Program-made: the position numbers and the translations under genes
Part shown: positions 55,925 to 64,000 of the stretch, piece after piece
Layout: the number at the start of each line of letters is the position of its first letter
Numbering within the stretch: the stretch's first letter is position 1
The notes under the pieces: model-generated
What the model was told of the DNA's origin: nothing
Seen by the model: the letters and a program-made list of their open reading frames with translations, nothing else
The model's database searches: none
Source: Octopus vulgaris
Taxonomy: Eukaryota
DNA: 64,000 nucleotides
NCBI GenBank assembly: GCA_951406725.2
Contig: OX597824.1
Span: forward strand, 33,294,001-33,358,000
Reading direction: 5' to 3'

Positions 55925-56239
55925 GTTACCATCACCGTCATCATCATCATCGTCATCGTCGTTGTCGTCGTCGTCGTCATCGTCGTCGTAATCGTCGTCG
56001 TCGTCATCATTATCACCACCACCACCAGCAGCAGCAACAACGTCACCATCATTATCATCACCACTACTAACACCATCACCATCACCATCACCACTACTAC
56101 TAACACCATCACCATCACCATCACCGTCATCGTGACGTTATTGTTGCTGGTGGTGGTGATAATGACAACGACGACGACGACGATGATGATGATGATGTTG
56201 ATGATGATGACGACGACAACGATGATGTCATCAACGTCG

Positions 56240-56287
<48 letters not shown>

Positions 56288-56440
56288 ATCGTCATCATCG
56301 TCATCATCGTTGTCGTCGTCATCATCATCAACATCATCATCATCATCGTCGTCGTCGTCGTTGTCATTATCACCACCACCATCATCATCATCATCATCGT
56401 CATCATCAACAGCAACAACAAGAGCGACGACGACGGCGAC
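55925..56440. repeat. Compound trinucleotide array (CAT/CGT/CAC) with an internal inverted segment
   Basis: Direct reading; 56148-56227 is the reverse complement of 56302-56381. Confidence 0.9.
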
Positions 56441-56747
56441 AAGTGAGGCAGCGGTAAGAATTAACCATTAAAGACTTGAAGAATAGACTCACTGATGCAA
56501 AGAACAAACTGATGAGTTAACTTCGAACTTGATTCAAAATGAAGGACAAAAGTCTTTAACACCAAAAGGATACATTAAATACACAGGAAAGAGAACAATT
56601 ATGCGCTTCTGCTATAGTCAAAATTCCGATAAAATACAAAGAGAAAACGTTTTCTCTCAATTATTCTAATCATCATCATCATCAACATCATCGTCATCAT
56701 CATAATCATCATCATTATTATTATCATTATTATTATGCTTATGGTTA

Positions 56748-56967
56748 AGGCGGCGAAATGGCAGAATCGTTAGCACGCTGGACGAAATGCTTAGCGGTGT
56801 TTCGTCCGCCTTGATGTTCTGAGTTCAAATTCCCCCGCGGTAGACTTTGCCTTTCATCCTTTCGGGGTCGATAAATCAAATACCAGTGAAACACTGAGGG
56901 TCGAGTCGATGTAATAGGCTAGTCCCCTTCCCCCAAAATGTCAGGCCTTGTGCCTTTAGTAGAAAGA

Positions 56968-57049
<82 letters not shown>

Positions 57050-57262
57050 TTGAGGCGGCGAGCTGGTAGAAACGTTAGCACGCCGGGCGAAATGCTTAGC
57101 GGTATTTCGCCCGTCGCTGCGTTCTAAGTTCAAATTCCGCCGAGGTTGATTTTGTTTTTCATCCTTTCGGGGTCGATAAAATAAGTACCAGTTGAACACT
57201 GGGCTCGATGTAATCGACTTATCCCCTCCCACGAAATTGCTGGTCTTGTGCCAAAATTTGAA
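56748..57262 (+). mobile_element. Two SINE family A copies separated by (ATT)n(AGT)n
   Basis: Family A motifs with older tail types. Confidence 0.85.
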
Positions 57263-57559
57263 ATAATAATAATAATAATCATTATCTGACAAAGCCTATA
57301 AACCATTAATTATTTGATTTAAAACCATCTATCATAATTAAAGAGGTGGCTTTAAATAAATGTTTACATAGGAGTCTGTTAGCTTCACTAAGGGTCAACA
57401 GAAAAAAAAATGGGAAAAAATTGGCTGTGGTAAGAAACTTGTTTCCCAACCACATGGTTCTAGGTTCATTCCCATTGGGCAAGTGTCGTCTACTATAGCT
57501 TCGGGCTAATCAAAGACTTGTAAGTGGATTTGGTAGACGTCGTACACACACTAACACAT

Positions 57560-57947
57560 GTGGAAGCACTCCGTCGGTTACGACGATGAGGGTTCCGGTT
57601 GATCCGAATCAACGGAACAGCCTGCTCGTGAAATTAACGTGTAAGTGGCTGAGCACTCCACAGACACGTGCACCCTTAACGTAGTTCTCGGGGATATTCA
57701 GCGTGACACAGAGAGTGAGAAGGCCGGCCCTTTGAAATACAGGTACAACAGAAACAGGAAGTAGGAGTGAGAGAAAGTTGTGGTGAAAGAGTACAGCAGG
57801 GATCACCACCATCCCCTGCCGGAGCCTCGTGGAGCTTTTAGGTGTTTTCGCTCAATAAACACTCACAACGCCCGGTCTGGGAATCGAAACCGCGATCCTA
57901 TGACCGCGAGTCCGCTGCCCTAACCACTGGGCCATTGCGCCTCCACA
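57560..57947 (-). mobile_element. SINE family C, full length with TSD
   Basis: TSD ACACTAACACAT at 57548-57559 and 57948-57959. Confidence 0.9.
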
Positions 57948-58827
57948 ACACTAACACATACAGGGTGTTTTACGTACCAATATTAGAACTCATTATTTGC
58001 TGCATTGCATTGTTGTACGAGGAATGCCAATTATATAAATAGAATGCTGGATGTTTTGGTTCTTTTGGCCAATGTGTGTGTATATGTGTGTGTGTGTCTT
58101 TGTGTCTGTGTTTTCCCAACTACCACCATAATCGATTTTGATGCGTTTAGGTTCCTTTTACTTTACGGCTCGAGAAAAAAATACCGATAGAATAAGAACC
58201 AGGCTTTGGAATATTAAAAAGGAAATTAGAACTGGGGTCAATTCATTCGACAAAAATTCTTTAAGGCAGTGCCCCAGCATGGCCACAGTCTAATGACTGA
58301 AACAAATGAAAAGAATAAAAACACGATAAAAATAGAAACAATTAAAGAAGGGTAAAAGCCAGACTTCTGAACAGTATAAAGGTGTAACCATATAGAAAAG
58401 GGGTTTGTGTAAAAGCTAAGGGATTAGCTGGGCTATGTAGAGTCTACACTCGGAACCTTTTGTTGGGCTTTGTGAAGATGGTGTAGTAGAGAAAAGGGTC
58501 AATATAAAATGAGTAGCAAGCTGGTTAGCACTTGTCTTATTAAAATCAATACCCTTAATGGTAACTTCAGCAAGACGATAAAAACTGCACTATCAATAAA
58601 TGCAGCTGTAACAACACATTCGACAATAGCTGCAGCAACTGCGCTAGTAATACTAAGAATACCACCACCAACATCAAAAACAGTAGCAACAACAATGATA
58701 ATAAAGACAACGGCAAAAATGATAATAGAAAAAGAAGAGACACCAAGTCTTTTGTTGTATTTTAGTGAGAGGCATAACGTGATAAAGTAATGTTACTTTG
58801 TCTTTGTCAATATATGGCTTCAAAAAA

Positions 58828-59180
58828 GGCGGCGAGCTGGCACAAACGTTAAGCACGCCGGGGGAAATGTTTAGTGGTATTTCGTCTGCCGTTACGTTCT
58901 GAGTTCAAATTCCGCCGAGGTCGACTTTGCCTTTCATCCTTTCGGGGTCGATTAAATAAGTACCAGTTACGCACTGGGGTCGATGTAATCGACTTAATCC
59001 GTTTGTCTGTACTTGTTTGTCCCCCCTCCCTTGTGGGTAGTAAAGAAATAGGTATTTCGTCTGCCGCTATGTTCTGAGTTCAAATTCCGCCGAGGTCGAC
59101 TTTGCTTTTCATCCTTTCGGGGTTGATTAAATAAATACCAGTTAGGCACTGGGGTCGATATAATCAGCTTAATCCGTCTG
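58828..59180 (+). mobile_element. Tandem SINE family A units
   Basis: Junction aaagaaata|ggtatttc at 59050/59051. Confidence 0.88.
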
Positions 59181-59569
59181 GAAAACTGAGGCAAATGTCT
59201 GTGAGTTCAAATCCAGTCCATTATGTACATAATCTTGGCAATTTATCACCATTAGTGAAGATCGAATCACCAAAACTCAGGGAATTGCCAAAGCTATGTC
59301 CACTTGATTATACATTTTTCATGCAGTTAGCGCCCAAAGTTTAGCTTAGGGTAGACAAAGGGGTTTTGTCTACCCCGCGCTACGCTTGTATAGGAGCGGC
59401 ATTTTTGAGACTGTTGTATAAGCCACTTTAGGAAGCGGAGGGGAGCATACACTCTAACTATGCCGCTGCTAGCACCCAGAGTATTTTACTCTGTCGTTTC
59501 TCGAAGTTACCAGGTCACTCGCTGCTCATTTATTAAAATCTCATTTTCATTTTAGTCAAACTGAGATCT

Positions 59570-59835
59570 GTGGAGGCACGTGGCTTAGTGGTTAGGGTGT
59601 CAGCATCAGGATCGTAAGATTGTGGTTTTGATTCCTGGACCGGGCGACGCGTTGTGTTCTTAAGCAAAACGCTTCATTTCACGTTGCTCCAGTCCACTCA
59701 GCTGGCAAAAATGAGTAATGCTGCGATGGACTGGCGCCCCATCCAGCTGGGGAACACATACACCATTGAAACCGGGAAACCGGGCCCATGAGCTTGCCTA
59801 GGCTTTAAAAGGGAGCATTTATTTATTTTTTTTTT
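59570..59835 (+). mobile_element. SINE family D, full length with TSD (V-domain-like core)
   Basis: tRNA-like head, gcgatggactggcgccccatccag core, (ATTT)n/T tail; TSD TCAAACTGAGATCT at 59556-59569 and 59836-59849. Confidence 0.88.
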
Positions 59836-61719
59836 TCAAACTGAGATCTAGCAGCAACGGTTAGAATTGGCTTCGCTGATGATGTCTAATAAGATAGAAA
59901 CATAGCCGGACTTGTTGCTGTGATGCTAGAAACCAGGCCCAATCCCACCCACTGAACTCCATTTTCAATTAATTCTAATTTATTTCAATTTTTAGGTGGG
60001 GGTCATCTCGTATATTTTGACCGGAATTATTCGTTACGATTACACTGAAGGATATAAATTAGTTAATTAAAATTTATTGAGTGACTGCATTAAGCGTCTT
60101 AGCAACCAATTTGTAATGTGTATTTTCTCTATTTTCGCTCTTATGGCTGCAATCATTTACAGTTGTGCGTGTCAAAGAGAGATTGAACTGGAAAGAAAAG
60201 AAGCGAGTAAGAGGATAACAAATAAATATTAAATGAATGATTAAAAATATTGGAGATAGAGTTAGATAAAAAGAGTAATGTTATGGACTGCGTTATTAAG
60301 TTAGCACAAACTTGACTTAAGGTAGAATTATTCAGTAAACCTTCACTTAATGAGATACATTGGGCAGACAGTAAGGACCAGACTAGGTTTGATAGGTCTA
60401 TAATCAATTTAGGCCTGCCGAATACGTTTTTCTTTCTTTTTTATTCTTGAGGTTGGCATTTATTAATTATCATTTACTCTCATCAGGTCGTTTTTGGACC
60501 TATCTTTATGAGGGATCAATATATTTTGCAGCCTTATTTATTCCATGGTCAAAATGAACGGTCACATGACTTAACAGTTAAATATTACAATTTGGGGTTT
60601 ATGAAGTTTATTCGTCTGAAACTAATACTGGTTCATCTGCTTTTTTTTTTTTTCGAGGCTAATTGTACTGAGAAAGGATATATCAAGAAGAACGGACACG
60701 GGGGCAATATCAGAATATAAAATTGACCGGAAAAAAAAATCACTCGCTGTTCTGAAGCTTCAGAAAAACCTGCTCGGAATCTGGTTTAATCAAGATTGAT
60801 TATGGATAATAATAAGATATTGATCAGGCAAATAAATGAGTAACAGTTTAGTTTGTTTCATTACGAAGTAAACATTTACTTGGCAGTTTTGTATAGTCTC
60901 GGTCACCAAATTATTTTCTTTTATAACATGTCACATGCATGGTAGTAAGTACCAAGTGTCAAAACAACGACAAGCTTATTTATTCTTACTACATTTCGTT
61001 ACTGGAGGGTAATTTCTCCATTACGACGAATATGTGTTCATAGCACACTCGATTCATTAGCACAAGGGATTCTAGGACAGCTACTGTTTCGATATAGATG
61101 TGTCCCTTCAGCCAGAAGCATCCCCGGACCAATGAATCTAACAAGAGCTAATGCTCTAGTTTATAACTGCGACAAATAAGTTGCTATCACTTTCCTCTAA
61201 TGCCAAAGTCTATTATATGTCATTCTATGCTTCACATCAACTTGCAATGTCTTGGAGTCCGCTGTGTCGGCCTGCAGTGAAGCACATTTGTCTTTTGCTT
61301 ATACTTCCTAATATTTAGGTTAATAATGTCGAAGCTACAAGATACTTTCCGTTCATTCATATATTGCTGGTGGAAGAATGCCAAATAAGTAGTAAAGTTA
61401 AATAAAAACACATCTTTATGTTAGGTTAGTCTCATTCTATTATTGATTTTCTGTAATTTGAGCTGATTTTAGTCGAGAAATTATGTATTTATCGCCATCC
61501 GTTGTATTTATAGGTAAATAGTTGCTTGAAACTATTTAGCCTTGACACAAATTGCTATAGTATTTATAATAATTTTATCATACCCCTACAGTTGTTTTTC
61601 CAAATGACTCTAAACATCTTAGTTTATTAGTAACTTTTATATACTTTTATATAGGGAGAGAGTCCGTACGGTTCGTATATCGAAGACCTTTAAAATCGTA
61701 AAATAAGTCGTTCTTGCTA

Positions 61720-61822
61720 CTATTGCTGTTGTTGTTGTTGTTGCTGTTGCTGCTGTTGCTACTGCTGGTATTGCTGCTGCTGCTGCTGCTGCTGCTGTTG
61801 TTGTTGTTGTTGTTGTTGTTGT
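61720..61822. repeat. (GTT)n/(GCT)n trinucleotide array
   Basis: Direct reading. Confidence 0.9.
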
Positions 61823-62908
61823 AGATATTGCTGTTGTCTAGCCTTAGGTTAGCTCTGATCGGACTGGTTTGTTAATCAAAAGAAATCTGACCATGGCTAT
61901 CCCATATTTTCAAGGATTTCCAGGGGCCACATTAGCCAAAGAGCTGTTCGCCTTAACACGATAGGATATGATTTGAGGTGGTATTTGGCTACTATTCAAG
62001 TTATTCAAGCAATCACGTAGAAGCTCTCTCTCAAGTGTTATGAATTTACGCTAGTTATGTCTCTACTAACAACCAATAGTTATGGAAAGATAATAAATTT
62101 TAAGTGAACTGCGAATTGTATTACACAGACACTACTACAGTTAAAATACGTGCTATATTATATTAGATATCTTATGTACTGCATCGGCAATGCAGTAACT
62201 CACACGTATGTCTTAATCCTAATATATTTCATGACAGTTTTATCAATATAGATATATGGCAAGGCTCTCACACTCTCAAGAGCTGGTTAGGAAAGATCTC
62301 ATTTATTGCATATCAAATTAGTTGAACGCACTCACGCGCAAACACACACGCTAACATACACACACGCTAACACACACTCACACACAGACTAATATGCATA
62401 TATATACACACACGCACACACACATACACACACACATACATATACACGCACAAACATACGTACATGCAGGCAAATAGATAGACAGACAGACAGACAGAAC
62501 ATTTTTGACTAATTGATGCGAAACTTACAGCTCTTCGACTCTGACTACGAATTCTCATTTGCACCTATCATTATAGGTGTATCAAGTTATGTTACCAACG
62601 GATTTGTACAAAAATCTAGAAATACTCCATTTCGAGGAGATGGAGCAAAAGAAACTCACGCCGATTCTCTAAATCCAATCTATTAGTGGCACAATGAAAA
62701 TCTGTGAGACATTCCTAAAATTCTGCATTTGAGATTCCTATGTGAAGAGATGCACACACTTGGGTGCATGCATCGGCAGTTCTACCAACAGACCAATTCA
62801 ACCACATATTTACAAACAACTGGAACTCTCTTAATTAAAAAAGTCTTGTCACTTTCTTAGCAACTGGTTTGAACTCTCTCAAGAACTTAAATAAAACTCA
62901 AAGAAAAA

Positions 62909-62909
<1 letters not shown>

Positions 62910-62969
<60 letters not shown>

Positions 62970-63385
62970 TACACAAACACACATACATACATACATACAT
63001 ACAAACATACGTACATACATACATATATACGCACATATACATACACATACTACGTAACACATACATACATACATACATACATACATACATACATACATAC
63101 ATACATACGTACATACATACATACATACATACACACACATATACCTACACACATATATGTATACATACATATATGCATACATGAATACATACATACATCT
63201 CTTCTCGCTCTTATCAAGCCTAGTCAGGCTCATGGGCCCGTCCGCTGCCTTAACCACTGGGCTATTGCGCCTCCACACACACAGACACACACACACACAC
63301 ATACATACATACATACATACATACATACATACATACATACATACATACATACATACATACATACATACATACAAATATACATACT
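62910..63385. repeat. (CA)n/(ATAC)n block containing a deleted C/D SINE remnant (~63200-63275)
   Basis: Direct reading. Confidence 0.85.
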
Positions 63386-63693
63386 GACAGACATATATAG
63401 GTATCTTTATAGTTATTGTAGCACTTCTGTAGATGCTGGCATGAATTCATAATCTCTGGGGCGATGTTTAATAAATAAAACAATTAGTGCCAAGGGATCC
63501 TAAAGTGTCTCCAAGACTGGGTTTGCAAAGGTTTTGGTCTCGTTACATATCTTCGTTTGAGCTTCAAAGCAATTTCTACAGCCTTCCTCAAATGAGACCC
63601 CGGGGAAGCCTGTTAAATATAACAAGGAAATCTTTAAATTATACCCTTCTATCGTAATAGAAAGAATACATTGGAAATCCTGGGAAACAAAAA

Positions 63694-63829
63694 GTAGCTT
63701 GTTCACCAACCACATGGTTCCGGGTTCAGTCCCACTGCGTGGTACCTTGGGCAATTGTCTTCTACTATAGCCTCAGGCCGACCAAAGCCTTGTGAGTGGA
63801 TTTGGTAGACGGAAACTGAAAGAAGCCCG

Positions 63830-63884
<55 letters not shown>

Positions 63885-64000
63885 TGTGCATGTTTGTGTG
63901 TCTGTGTTTGTCCCCCTAACATTGCTTGACAACCGATGCTGGTGTGTTTATGTCCCCGTTACTTAGCGGTTCGGCAAAGGAGACCGATAGAATAAGTACT
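63694..64000 (+). mobile_element. SINE family B (runs off window end)
   Basis: Family B head, (TA)n slot and body. Confidence 0.9.

Noticed and set aside
55921-56446. Poly-M/T/V/D ORFs resembling a low-complexity protein
   Set aside because: Trinucleotide array with no supporting splice or start context.

Overview
AT-rich, microsatellite-dense eukaryotic genomic DNA. The repeat families look like those of an octopus or other coleoid cephalopod (recognised by eye, not database-checked). Only one host coding exon is supported: a minus-strand first coding exon (exon 7024..6704, CDS 6983..6704). It encodes a Ser/Thr-rich N-terminus without a signal peptide in which all five Asn lie in N-glycosylation sequons, suggesting a GPCR-like or other membrane protein. 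Everything above 7024 is therefore 5'-UTR intron or upstream sequence. The rest is a transposon graveyard: four tRNA-headed SINE families (dozens of copies), degenerate RTE, R4/Dong and Penelope retroelement fragments, mariner fragments, a Helitron helicase relic, non-autonomous Helitrons, an 8-bp-TSD MITE family carrying TTAGGG-like repeats, and many microsatellites. Nearly all long ORFs in the track are microsatellite or SINE artefacts. The most interesting signals are four. (1) Penelope-derived palindromes carry minimal hammerhead-ribozyme motifs with a CCGANGA core, and one places a tRNA-like Pol III head directly before a hammerhead-like motif. (2) A young SINE inserts repeatedly into older copies of itself at one fixed site. 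(3) A 751-bp fold-back mariner made of two left ends lies about 200 bp from the gene's splice acceptor. (4) Long inverted repeats, which are potential dsRNA, are numerous. All coordinates were read by eye, and those of degenerate elements are approximate.
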